This document shows, one piece after another, positions 20,363-29,825 of a stretch of DNA of 64,000 nucleotides. Location of the stretch: assembly GCA_963827985.1 (NCBI GenBank), contig CAWHDI010000043.1:2401-66400 (forward strand), read 5' to 3'. Each line of letters opens with the position of its first letter. Within the stretch, counting starts at the first letter, position 1. Made by a program: the position numbers and the translations under genes. The notes beneath the pieces were generated by a model that worked only from the letters and a program-made list of their open reading frames with translations, did not search any database and was not told the origin of the DNA. This stretch comes from an uncultured Chloroflexia bacterium (GTDB lineage: Bacteria; Chloroflexota; Dehalococcoidia; GIF9; UBA5629).

Positions 20363-20818
20363 TTAACTGCCGCTTTGCCCAGGGCGTATCCTGTTCATGA
20401 AGAAAAGCTGCAGGAAATAGGCAGCATATGCCCCGACAAAACTATCCATCATCTGCCCGAGACTCCAACGGTCCTGATATCCGGAAGACGAATACAATGT
20501 ACCCCCTATGGCGGCCGAAACCGTTATGACAAGGCCGAGAACCGCCAAAATGCGGACGTAAATGCTTGACCTCGATGTGAAAGCGAGAACAAGGCATAAA
20601 ACGGAAATGCATCCTATGGCATAGCCCATGAATGAATGATAAGAGGACAAACCGATCATAGCCTGGATAAACTGGTCGCTCAAATTTGGAACTCCTGGCC
20701 AGCGAAGAAAAATAGTAATCCAGTTACCGCTGAAACCCTGTACGGTCATAAGCACAAGCAGCGCAATAGTAGATATCCATAAACCTTTCCAGGACCATTG
20801 TTGAAATGTTTGTTTCAT
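20363..20818 (-). CDS. Hypothetical integral membrane protein (about 4 TM)
   Basis: 151-aa hydrophobic ORF with GGAGG RBS. No family recognised. Confidence 0.65.
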   Translation of the reverse strand: MKQTFQQWSWKGLWISTIALLVLMTVQGFSGNWITIFLRWPGVPNLSDQFIQAMIGLSSYHSFMGYAIGCISVLCLVLAFTSRSSIYVRILAVLGLVITVSAAIGGTLYSSSGYQDRWSLGQMMDSFVGAYAAYFLQLFFMNRIRPGQSGS

Positions 20819-20948
20819 TGACCCTTCAAACCTCCCTTTCCTACCTGCAATATATTATTATATTCTAACTTCAGTCCGTCAGTAATAGAAATCACCGCGA
20901 TGGAATTGATAGGCCATTTATACATTATGGACACGGCATATTAAAATA

Positions 20949-21548
20949 ATGACGGATAAGATAATGAAGATTTTACTTTTCTTGGCAAAAGGTTTTGAGA
21001 CAATGGAATTTAGTGTGTTTGTTGATGTTATGGGATGGGCACGCAATGATTATGGCCAGGATACCCAAGTAATTACATGCGGATTCCAAAAACAGGTCCT
21101 GAGCACATTCAATATTCCAGTTGTAGTTGATAGGCTAATTGACGATATAAACGTTGATGATTATGGTGTCCTTGCAATTCCGGGTGGATTTGAAGAATTT
21201 GGTTTTTATGAAGAAGCGTATAATGAGAAGTTTTTAAATCTTATCAGAGAATTCGACTCTAAAGGAAAGTTAATAGCATCAATATGTGTAGCAGCTCTGC
21301 CGATTGGTAAAAGCGGCGTTCTAAAAAACAGAAAGGCAACCACGTATCATTTGAGAGGCGGCTACAGGCAAAAACAATTGCGGGAATTTGGAGTTGATGT
21401 CGTAAACGAGCCTATAGTTGTCGATGAAAACATTATTACATCCTATTGCCCTGAAACTGCCGCAGGTGTAGCGTTTAAGCTATTAGAGATGTTGACGTCC
21501 AAGGAAACAATGCAAATAGTTAAGTCCGCCATGGGCTTTGAGAGCTAA
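20949..21548 (+). CDS. DJ-1/PfpI (ThiJ) family protein, low GC
   Basis: LAKGFETMEF, LAIPGG, IASICVAAL nucleophile elbow, and VVDENIITS. Confidence 0.9.
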   Translation: MTDKIMKILLFLAKGFETMEFSVFVDVMGWARNDYGQDTQVITCGFQKQVLSTFNIPVVVDRLIDDINVDDYGVLAIPGGFEEFGFYEEAYNEKFLNLIREFDSKGKLIASICVAALPIGKSGVLKNRKATTYHLRGGYRQKQLREFGVDVVNEPIVVDENIITSYCPETAAGVAFKLLEMLTSKETMQIVKSAMGFES

Positions 21549-21652
21549 AGATCGTGAGCATGCTCCCCACCTGAGGCATGCCAATGCCGCTATTACACTG
21601 GACACATACCCCGGTTTTTCACTGCGGTTGCAGGCAGCTACAGCTAAAAGCT

Positions 21653-21682
21653 TTGACGAAGACCTTCAGCAATATCTATAAT
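21653..21682 (+). promoter_or_regulatory. Promoter of tRNA-Ser
   Basis: TTGACG (21653-21658), 18 nt, TATAAT (21677-21682). Confidence 0.7.
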
Positions 21683-21737
21683 TAACGGTCTTCTGAAAAC
21701 CGGGCCGACGGGACGGATTCAGCTTGATAGTCCTTGC

Positions 21738-21826
21738 GGAGGGGTGACCGAGCGGCCGATGGTGACGGTCTTGAAAACCGTTTTAGCTTCGTGCTAACGC
21801 GGGTTCGAATCCCGCCCCCTCCGCCA
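21738..21826 (+). tRNA. tRNA-Ser (anticodon UGA), long variable arm, encoded CCA
   Basis: Acceptor stem GGAGGGG/CCCCTCC, anticodon arm ACGGT-CTTGAAA-ACCGT, T-loop GGTTCGAATCC, 3' GCCA. Confidence 0.97.
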
Positions 21827-21857
21827 TTATTTTCACAGCAGGACTGTGCCTGACAGG

Positions 21858-22412
21858 TCATTCGTCGACAGACATCAATTTCCCCGAATTCTTGAGCGAG
21901 AAACTCAGGGCTATCAGCACAACGCCGAACAAAACCATATATACAGCAATCATCGTAATAATCATCACGGCTCCAAAGGAAGGGTTGCTTAATATCAGAC
22001 CGCCCAGTAGCACTGAGAACATACCGCCCAGCAGCAACAGCCATTTATCCGGCAATGTCTTCCACTGGGCAACGGAGAACACGATTTCAAATGCACCGGT
22101 CAGTATGGCCCAGAAAGCGATGACATAGAGAAGAATAACGGCCGCCAACACCGGGGAAGCAAGTATCGCCAGGCCAGCCAGGATGCCAATTGCGCCCTCA
22201 AACAACAACCACAACCTGTCCCTGTGCTGCGGTCTGTTAACAACGGCTACTATGAGGGCAAACCCACCATCAACCAGGGCGTAGACGCCAATAAAATATA
22301 CGAGAAAGGCTGCCGCAGCCTGGGGTATAACCAATATAATAATTCCGAGTACAAGAGCAATCAGCCCCCTGAGGGCAACCAACCACCAGTTCCTTGTCAA
22401 CGCTTCGAGCAT
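21858..22412 (-). CDS. HdeD/DUF308 family membrane protein
   Basis: NWWLVALRG, GVYALVDG and FWAILTGAFEI repeats typical of DUF308. Confidence 0.85.
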   Translation of the reverse strand: MLEALTRNWWLVALRGLIALVLGIIILVIPQAAAAFLVYFIGVYALVDGGFALIVAVVNRPQHRDRLWLLFEGAIGILAGLAILASPVLAAVILLYVIAFWAILTGAFEIVFSVAQWKTLPDKWLLLLGGMFSVLLGGLILSNPSFGAVMIITMIAVYMVLFGVVLIALSFSLKNSGKLMSVDE

Positions 22413-22513
22413 TTAAACCTCCTGAACATCGAACCTGTACGTATTATATATCAGCAGGCCCGTCACACATAGCTCGCCTTTCACTTTACCGGAGCGCCGC
22501 ATCAGCAATATAA

Positions 22514-22984
22514 TTGTATTCCTGGTACACGAATATGAATAGCAAATTTCTTAAGGCAGCAGTATTACTGGTTATGGGCAGTTTTCTCGCCGTAACTGTC
22601 GTATTTATCCTTGTAATGTTTGCGCTGAAGGGTCCGTCTTTCTTTCCGGACGTAAGCAAGTCTTTGACATCTTCGACATGTCCAAAAGAGCAAGCTTCCG
22701 CTATTTCCTTCAGCCTGATAAAAAACAGCCCGACATTTGCTTTCGACGGTATTAAGGACAGCATCAAACAGGTCAAAGCAGATTCCGCTGACAACGGACT
22801 GACGTGGAAATTGCTCTACATATTCAAAACGTCGCACCCGGGGCATGGCGACAGGTCAGAACAAATGCTGACTCAGGTGATAACGGAACATACGGCACAG
22901 ATTACTGTCACCAAGTGCAAAATCACAGCCGCCGTATGCGATAACACGTGGAACCTGCTGACTGACAGCCCCCTCAACAATTAA
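22514..22984 (+). CDS. Hypothetical exported or membrane-anchored protein
   Basis: N-terminal hydrophobic helix followed by NSPTFAFDG and HPGHGDRSEQMLTQVITEH. Start may be ATG 22535. Confidence 0.6.
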   Translation: MYSWYTNMNSKFLKAAVLLVMGSFLAVTVVFILVMFALKGPSFFPDVSKSLTSSTCPKEQASAISFSLIKNSPTFAFDGIKDSIKQVKADSADNGLTWKLLYIFKTSHPGHGDRSEQMLTQVITEHTAQITVTKCKITAAVCDNTWNLLTDSPLNN

Positions 22985-23029
22985 AAGCGCAGCACCGGCG
23001 CCTTGCTGTCAGCCAACCGGGGAGCGTGT

Positions 23030-23332
23030 TCAGAGATGGCTCTTCTTGATCCTGTCCATTTCTTTCCTGATCTCGGTCTGTTCCCAATCTCCGCCCTCTT
23101 TGGGAAAGACGAACACTCCGAGAGCATGAAAGATAAGGCCCACACCCCAGAAACCGGCGACCCACAGGAACCATGGGTACCCGCCGCCGCTCAAAGCCCA
23201 GATAACAACCAGCATAGCATTTATAACAATATAACTTGCAAGGTTGCTGAAAAAGCCCTTTTTGGCAGCAACGCGCCTTTGCGCCAATTTACGTATCTCA
23301 TCGTCAGACATCTGCACGGACATACATTTCAC
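23030..23332 (-). CDS. 2TM domain protein
   Basis: A.RRV..KKGF..NL..Y..IN..L...W......PWFLW....WG.GL..H pattern. True start probably MSDDE. Confidence 0.8.
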   Translation of the reverse strand: MKCMSVQMSDDEIRKLAQRRVAAKKGFFSNLASYIVINAMLVVIWALSGGGYPWFLWVAGFWGVGLIFHALGVFVFPKEGGDWEQTEIRKEMDRIKKSHL

Positions 23333-23386
23333 CTCCCTGTGTATTTTGTGTAATCACAGCACCGGGGTCACTTGCATATCACTGCT

Positions 23387-24838
23387 CTACGAGACCTTGT
23401 TTAGATACTCGCTGTACTTTACCATGGCACTCAAAACAGCGGCCGCTTCATCTGGCATAGTGTAGTAAACGGAATTATTGGCGGAGATAGCAGCCTTGAT
23501 CTCATCTTCAAGATGTGCATAAAGCCACGTGGGAGGAACAGTTCAGCGGAGATAACCACAGGTTTCGCGTGCTTTACAGATATTTCTTTTATCTGCCTGA
23601 AAACCCTCATGTAATGATCAATTATTGCCTGTACCCTCTTCTGGCGCTCATCTTCATCTGCCGGCATGGCGAGTCCTTGCAACCATGGGGAAGGGCACTC
23701 CAAGCGCAATCACGCTGTCCACCTGGTCGCACCCGGCCAGAGTATCAATCACACGGATCTGCACATCGGCATCACCTGCTACCAGGTCGACCGGGTTGTT
23801 CCTGCTCCACCAGCGAGGCAAGAACGAGTCAAGTTCCCTGAGAACATCTTCAGGCAGCTTGACCACCTGCAGGCCAAGCTTGGCGCACGCATCCGCAGCC
23901 AATACGCCCCACCCACCGCCCAATGTGGTGATCCCAACACGCTTTCCTTTGGGGAGGGGATTGCACAGAAACCCATAGCCAATATTCATTAGCTCGTTCA
24001 TATTATGAACGCGGACTATACCCGCCTGCCGGCACACACCTTCAAATACATGGTCTGCGCCGGAAAGTGAGGCGGTATGGGACCGTGCTGCAGCAGCACC
24101 CGCCTCTGTTTCGCCTACTTTCATCATAACCAGCGGCTTATGGCGGCTGACTTCTTTGGCTATCTCAAAGAATTTGCGCCCGTTCTTAAAACCCTCTACA
24201 TAGCTCAGGATTACTTTAGTCTTCTCATCCGTGCCCAGGAACTCCATGAAATCTTCAGCATGGAGGTCAGCTTCGTTGCCGGTGCTGACCAGGCGGCTAA
24301 TACCGAATTTCAGCACCATGGCCCTGCGGGCTATTGTTACCCCTACGTTCCCGCTTTGCGATATTACGCCGATGGAACCTTCCGGCGGATAAATGGGCGG
24401 CATCTGCGCATATAATTTATGAGAGGGGCTCAAAATGCCGAAGCAGTTGGGACCAATAAGCCGAAGTCCTCCCTGTTTGGCCACCGCTACCATCTCAGCT
24501 TGAAGAGCTGCGCCGCGTTCACCTATCTCAGCAAAGCCGGCTGTTATGACTACGGCTGCCTTGATGCCCTTGACAACACAATCTTTGATAGCATCAACAA
24601 TAGCCAGCGGAGGCACTACAACTACAGCAAGATCAGGCACTTCCGGAATCTCAGCTACGCTTTTATAAACTCTCTTTCCTAAAATCTCATCCCTGGTCGG
24701 GTTAACAGGATAGATCCTGCCCTGATAACCGCCCACGATCATATTGCCAAGTATGCGAAAGCCCCACTTACGTGGGTCATTTGATGCACCCACCAGAGTA
24801 ACGGAAGAGGGTGAAAAGAATTTATTGAATTCAGTCAT
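23387..24838 (-). CDS. Acyl-CoA synthetase (NDP-forming) alpha-type, CoA-binding; indels near 23690 and 23525
   Basis: VGASNDPRKWG, LIGPNCFG, ISQSGNVG, STGNEAD, ARSHTASL, NNPVDL. The C-terminus continues in other frames to the TAG at 23387. Confidence 0.85.
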
Positions 24839-25014
24839 TGGATCACTGTCCTTCGAATTATTTATATTTATATAACTATTGAAATAAGGAATTAAATCAC
24901 AGCTATTTTAACACCACGAATCCACGATGAACAACAATGTATGTGCATAACAGTGAAATCCGGGGTGAATTAACCTGATATAATAAACCAGCGCCACGAT
25001 ACAGGAGGCTTCAT

Positions 25015-25584
25015 ATGGAGATATGGAGAAAGCTTCTCAACCGCATGATGAGGGCGGCCAGAATGGATTCAAGTCTCTACGAAGAGATGGAAACCGATGA
25101 AGATGCCGCCGGACATGCCGTAATGATAGCGCTCCTGGCTGGTGTGGCTACAGGGATTGGGATGGGGCTGGCCGGACTGATGGGAGGTTCCGGGGTAATC
25201 TGGTTTTTATGGGGGCTGCTCAGCGGGTTTTTCGCCTCCCTGGTGGGATGGTTCTTCTGGGTGCTGCTCACTTATCTTTCAGGGACAACCTTCCTGAGGG
25301 GACCCGAGAAGGCCAGCATGGCCGAGGTCACGAGGACTTTGGGGTTTGCCAACTCACCGGGGGTGCTGAGATTACTGATATTCTTCCCAATGATCGGTTG
25401 GATCATCATAGTATTAACGGGCATCTGGACCCTTGCCGCAGGGATCCAAGCGGTAAGGCAAACGTTCGATTATTCGTCAGGAAAGGCTGCGGCCACTTGT
25501 ATCCTGGGATGGCTGGTCTACATGGCAGTGCTCTTCCTGGTCTATATATGGTTGCCTTCTCCATATAAATTTAAAATACCGTAA
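25015..25584 (+). CDS. YIP1 family membrane protein (paralog 1)
   Basis: RMMRAARMDSSLYEE, RTLGFANSPG and AVRQTFDYSSGKA. Confidence 0.8.
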   Translation: MEIWRKLLNRMMRAARMDSSLYEEMETDEDAAGHAVMIALLAGVATGIGMGLAGLMGGSGVIWFLWGLLSGFFASLVGWFFWVLLTYLSGTTFLRGPEKASMAEVTRTLGFANSPGVLRLLIFFPMIGWIIIVLTGIWTLAAGIQAVRQTFDYSSGKAAATCILGWLVYMAVLFLVYIWLPSPYKFKIP

Positions 25585-25673
25585 ATCTAATCAAAATCAA
25601 TTTGCTAACGCATAGCATGCTGATCCGCCGGTTGCTATAATATCCCGAACCTAAAACCCCAGGAGGTATCAAA

Positions 25674-26249
25674 ATGGCATCAGGTAAATTACTCCCACGG
25701 ATGCTAAGGGCGGCAAAACTTGAATCGCAATTATATGAAGAGGTCGAAGCCGACAGCACCGGCACCGGGCAGGCGCTGCTCCCCGTAGTGCTGGTCAGCC
25801 TGGCAACAGGCATCGGTCACGGCATTGCCGGCGCCATGAAAGGCGGTGAAGGATCTTTCCTCAGCTTCGTTTCCGGCCTGATTTGGGGCATCATAGGCTC
25901 TCTGATCATATGGTTCATCTTCTCCCTGCTTTGTTTCTGGCTGGGCACTTCGATTTTCAAAGGCCCTGAAACTAAATCAAGCCTGGGTGAACTGCTGCGA
26001 ACGCTGGGTTTCGCCTATGCCCCCGGCATGCTGAATATCTTCAGCTTCATACCCATGGTGGGATCAATCATACCGTTCGCCACCTTCGTGTGGACTGTAA
26101 TTGCAGCCGTCATCGCCGTGCGGCAGGCATGCGATTTCACAACCGGCAGAGCTATCGGCACGGTGATCGTGGCGGCAATTATCCCGCTCATCATCATGGT
26201 ACTGCTGGCCATGCTGGTAGGCGGAGCATTTGCAACACTGGTGAAATAA
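25674..26249 (+). CDS. YIP1 family membrane protein (paralog 2)
   Basis: RMLRAAKLESQLYEE, RTLGFAYAPG and AVRQACDFTTGRA. Confidence 0.8.
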   Translation: MASGKLLPRMLRAAKLESQLYEEVEADSTGTGQALLPVVLVSLATGIGHGIAGAMKGGEGSFLSFVSGLIWGIIGSLIIWFIFSLLCFWLGTSIFKGPETKSSLGELLRTLGFAYAPGMLNIFSFIPMVGSIIPFATFVWTVIAAVIAVRQACDFTTGRAIGTVIVAAIIPLIIMVLLAMLVGGAFATLVK

Positions 26250-26263
26250 GCTGAGCCGTTAGA

Positions 26264-26548
26264 CTAGATATCCGAATACATGTAAATCTCAGGTTTTCCA
26301 TCCAAAAACGGCTTCATAGCACCGAACATCTCTTTGAAATGGGGCGCTGAAGAATGATATTTCAGCGCCTCGTCATTTTCATACTGCTCGTAGAATAAGA
26401 ACAGGTTCGGATTGTCGACACGCTTTACAACTTTATACATCTTGCAGCCGGGATCTTTGCAGAACCTCGGAGCGTACTCGTTAATCGCCTTTGCCAGATC
26501 GCCGGCGCTGCCCTCTTTGGATTTCATCAATGCGGTAATGGTTATCAT
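26264..26548 (-). CDS. Antibiotic biosynthesis monooxygenase (ABM) family protein
   Basis: DPGCKMY, FLFYEQYENDEALKYHSSAPHFK. Confidence 0.85.
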   Translation of the reverse strand: MITITALMKSKEGSAGDLAKAINEYAPRFCKDPGCKMYKVVKRVDNPNLFLFYEQYENDEALKYHSSAPHFKEMFGAMKPFLDGKPEIYMYSDI

Positions 26549-26611
26549 GGTTCCTCCTTTTTATGTCCCTGCCTTGCGAGGCGAGGGAAGTCAGGCATGC
26601 AGCCTGGAATT

Positions 26612-27729
26612 TCAAATGTACCGTGAGAAAAATTCCTTATAGGCGGACGACCCGGTTGCACGGGACGTGAATTTATCATTTTCCACCCAGTCAATATCGC
26701 CGCAGATTGCCATGAGCTCCAGGTGGCTCATGACTTCCCTTTGAGATAAAAACTTGCCCCAGCCTTTACGCAGCCTGGGTTCAAAAAGTTCTACCGCAAT
26801 TTCGTCGAGTGTCAGCACGCGTTTCCCCAGAATTCTGAGTATGTTTCCACATCGCTGCAGATGAAAGCCAATTATTTCGGCCGCCCTTTCCGCCGGTTTG
26901 AGGTAATTAATCATTCCTTTCTCAAAAAGCCTGTGCGCCGGCAACAGTAGATCCACGTTTCCGCACTGTGTTTTCAACATGTACAGCGAATTAATAAAGG
27001 CCATAAGCCCGTACGCATCATTATGACTTCCGTACCCTTCAGGGAGGATGCGCCGGTTCACGAAATATTCAAGCATCAACGTGGGATGCGGCGTAATTGT
27101 TGCCAGCAGGGTATCGCCGCTGAACAGCACTTCTTCCTCAAATACTGTGCAAATGGAGTCAGGGGAATGGCCGGGAGTCAGAAGGAAACGGTAATCCGGA
27201 CCGGGAGAAGCGGAGGTCTGAGTGACGGGATGCCCGGTCTTTAACCGGCTTCTTTTCTGGTGGTACTGCACACAGTAGCTATTGAATTTATCAGGCATGA
27301 GGCAGCAGCGGCATGAGCCGGGAAAATCGGGATGGCTGGCGCCATCATCAATGCCCTTATGGTAAGCAATCATATTATCAAAAGCATAGTGCGCCCATAA
27401 TTCCGCTCCGCTATCCTCAATGAGCTCAGGCAGATTTCCATCGTGGTCCTCATGACCGTGAGTTACTATTACCCGGCGAATATCTTTTACATCAAACCCC
27501 GCCCGTTTCAACAGGGCTTTCAAAAACTCGTACCGGTTAAATTGACCGCTGTCGATGAGAGTGGTCTTTTCTCCCGGGATCAAATAACAAAATGTCGGAC
27601 CCAGGTCCCAGTCTTCGCCGGATTCATAGAAAAGCGGGACACCCAGGCAATAGATATCAGTTCCCTTGCGCGTCCGGTAGCGCATAACCATACCTTCGCC
27701 GTTACTTTTACCTTCCTGGATTATTTCCA
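26612..27729 (-). CDS. MBL-fold metallo-hydrolase
   Basis: LIDSG, THGHEDHDG (HxHxDH), TPGHSPD, SGDTL and PAH motifs. Start uncertain (27690-27778). Confidence 0.85.
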
Positions 27730-27835
27730 TCGTCTGAAGCTGCATAGATATACTCCTTTGCGCCCGACAATGAAACATTGTAAGGCTTTTTTACATTAGG
27801 TGTCCAAAGTTTTGCTAAAATAGAAGTAGTACCTC

Positions 27836-28414
27836 TTGCGGGAAAATTCTAAGAAGGAGGTGATCATGATGGAAGACAAGATCAGAAGATACATCTCAAA
27901 GCTCAGTGCAGACAAAGTCCGACTTACAGAATTGATTGCCCACTTTACCCATGACATTTCCGGCAACGAGAAAGAGACGATCATATATAAGAAAATACTA
28001 CCCGCGCTGCTCAACATGGAAAAGGACAGGAAAATAAAACTCTCCTGGGATGTTCTGCTTACACGTTACAGGTTCCCCCGCTATATATACAGGGAAGCAG
28101 AAAACGATTCCGAGGCGCAGGCTGTCAAAGAGGACTTGCCGCTCTGGCAAAAACAGATCGAGGAAATCCTGAAAAAGCAGTCGGTCACCTATAACAGGAA
28201 GGTCCGTGAGCTAAAGCTACAGGACAGGTTCGAGAGATTTGTAAAAAGATATGAAAAAAGCTCCGAAGAAATATCCCCGTCAGAGGACTGGATCAAGGTG
28301 ATCACGGCTGTTATGGAGGCCAACCTCTCCCAATTTGACGTTATGCATGCCTGTATTGAAGCGTTCAAGGCAGGAGCAATATGGGAGAAGTATAAGAAGG
28401 AGTTCGAGGAGTAG
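27836..28414 (+). CDS. Hypothetical charged alpha-helical protein
   Basis: 192-aa ORF with AAGGAGGT RBS before ATG near 27865. No family recognised. Confidence 0.6.
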   Translation: MRENSKKEVIMMEDKIRRYISKLSADKVRLTELIAHFTHDISGNEKETIIYKKILPALLNMEKDRKIKLSWDVLLTRYRFPRYIYREAENDSEAQAVKEDLPLWQKQIEEILKKQSVTYNRKVRELKLQDRFERFVKRYEKSSEEISPSEDWIKVITAVMEANLSQFDVMHACIEAFKAGAIWEKYKKEFEE

Positions 28415-28466
28415 TTCCAGGCACAGGTAATAACCAGTTTAATACGGGAGTTTTCACAGTTAGCGC

Positions 28467-29081
28467 ATGGATATTATACCAGCGGCATATGAAATCCTGA
28501 GCCCTATAGATTACCCCGCCATGCTCAAATCAATTGAGACGGCCGGGAGGACTGCATATAAGTCTGAAGACCATATGACGGATGATTCTTCAGAGCGCTT
28601 TGTTAAGATGCTGCTGGGTAGAGGCCACGAGAGCGTTATGGAGCACATTAACATAACGGTCAGGTTTATCTGCGACAGGGGAGTGAGCCACGAGCTGGTC
28701 AGGCACAGGCTGGCAGCTTACACGCAAGAGAGCACACGATACGTCAACTACGGCAAAAAGGGGCTTTCGGTCATAGATCCCGTAGTATTTGAAAAGGACA
28801 GTAAGGAGCATGCTGTCTGGGAAGAGGCAATGGGGCAGGCCGAGCATTACTACAAAAGACTTATAGAGATGGGAGCAAAACCCGAGGAAGCCAGGACCGT
28901 ACTACCGCAATCAACCAAGACGGAGATTGTGGCCACCTGCAATTTGCGTGAGTGGCGGAATATTTTCCGGTTGAGGACGTCTCTTGCAGCCCATCCCCAA
29001 ATGCGTGAAATTATGATTCCGCTCTTGAAAAAATTCCAGGCTGAGATGCCGGCATTTTTCGGTGATATTAAACCCGACTAG
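28467..29081 (+). CDS. thyX: Flavin-dependent thymidylate synthase
   Basis: GHESVMEH, DRGVSHELVRHR, YTQESTRY, EARTVLP, NLREWR and AHPQMR. Confidence 0.95.
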   Translation: MDIIPAAYEILSPIDYPAMLKSIETAGRTAYKSEDHMTDDSSERFVKMLLGRGHESVMEHINITVRFICDRGVSHELVRHRLAAYTQESTRYVNYGKKGLSVIDPVVFEKDSKEHAVWEEAMGQAEHYYKRLIEMGAKPEEARTVLPQSTKTEIVATCNLREWRNIFRLRTSLAAHPQMREIMIPLLKKFQAEMPAFFGDIKPD

Positions 29082-29095
29082 CCGACGGGCGCCTC

Positions 29096-29648
29096 CTAGA
29101 CCGGCTTGTCCAACTCCCGTGGCCACACCCAGCACCTGTAACAAATCTGCTTCACTGGCATTACGGTAAAAAACGGCTTCCATGGGGCTGCGGTTCAATT
29201 CCTCTACGGCTTTAATGGCTTTCCGTTCGGTCAGATTATGGTGGTAAACAAGCCAGGCAGCCAGCGCCTGCCCGGTCCTGCCCAGGCCGGCAGAGCAGTG
29301 CACCACGGCTTTTTGACCCTGCCCAACAGCAGCGTGCAGAAAATAGCAAGATGCTTGACCGCCTCGCCACTTAGAAGACGTTTGTCCGGCGTTGGCGCCC
29401 AAAGGACATTGTCCGGGCCAAAGGTCTCGGCATAGACGCCAAGCAATCCGCCCGTTAATGTGGGATAATTGCCCAGTTCCTCTTCTGACAGCAAGACAGA
29501 CGATACGGACGATGCCCTGCTTTTTCATATAGGCGATCCATTCATCCACCACCTGTTTCTGGACGAACTTACCGGGAAAGCCGGGCCGCTGGGCGCCAAA
29601 GACAAATTCTTCTTCTTTAGAAGGCGCACCAAATCCATATTCCGCCAT
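29096..29648 (-). CDS. Dual-specificity/tyrosine protein phosphatase family; 2-3 indels
   Basis: Catalytic VHCSAGLGRTG (HCx5R). The middle segment LSEEELGNY..VLWAPTPD is in another frame (29231-29494). The 3' end is uncertain. Confidence 0.75.
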
Positions 29649-29825
29649 AATTAATCAGAAAACCCCTATTCAATTCGGGATTATATACTACAGAATATCA
29701 TTATTACAATCTTAAAAAGCATGCATTTCAGCGAATTGACGAAAATGCCGCCAATCAATATTATTAACAGGTTAGTCTGCATCAAGCACGCAAACGTAAG
29801 CGAACAATAATCTGAGAGGCTCAGC

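Noticed and set aside
21738-21860. Genomic island integrated at the tRNA-Ser 3' end
   Set aside because: No integrase and no duplicate of the tRNA 3' end was seen in the window, and downstream genes have typical GC.
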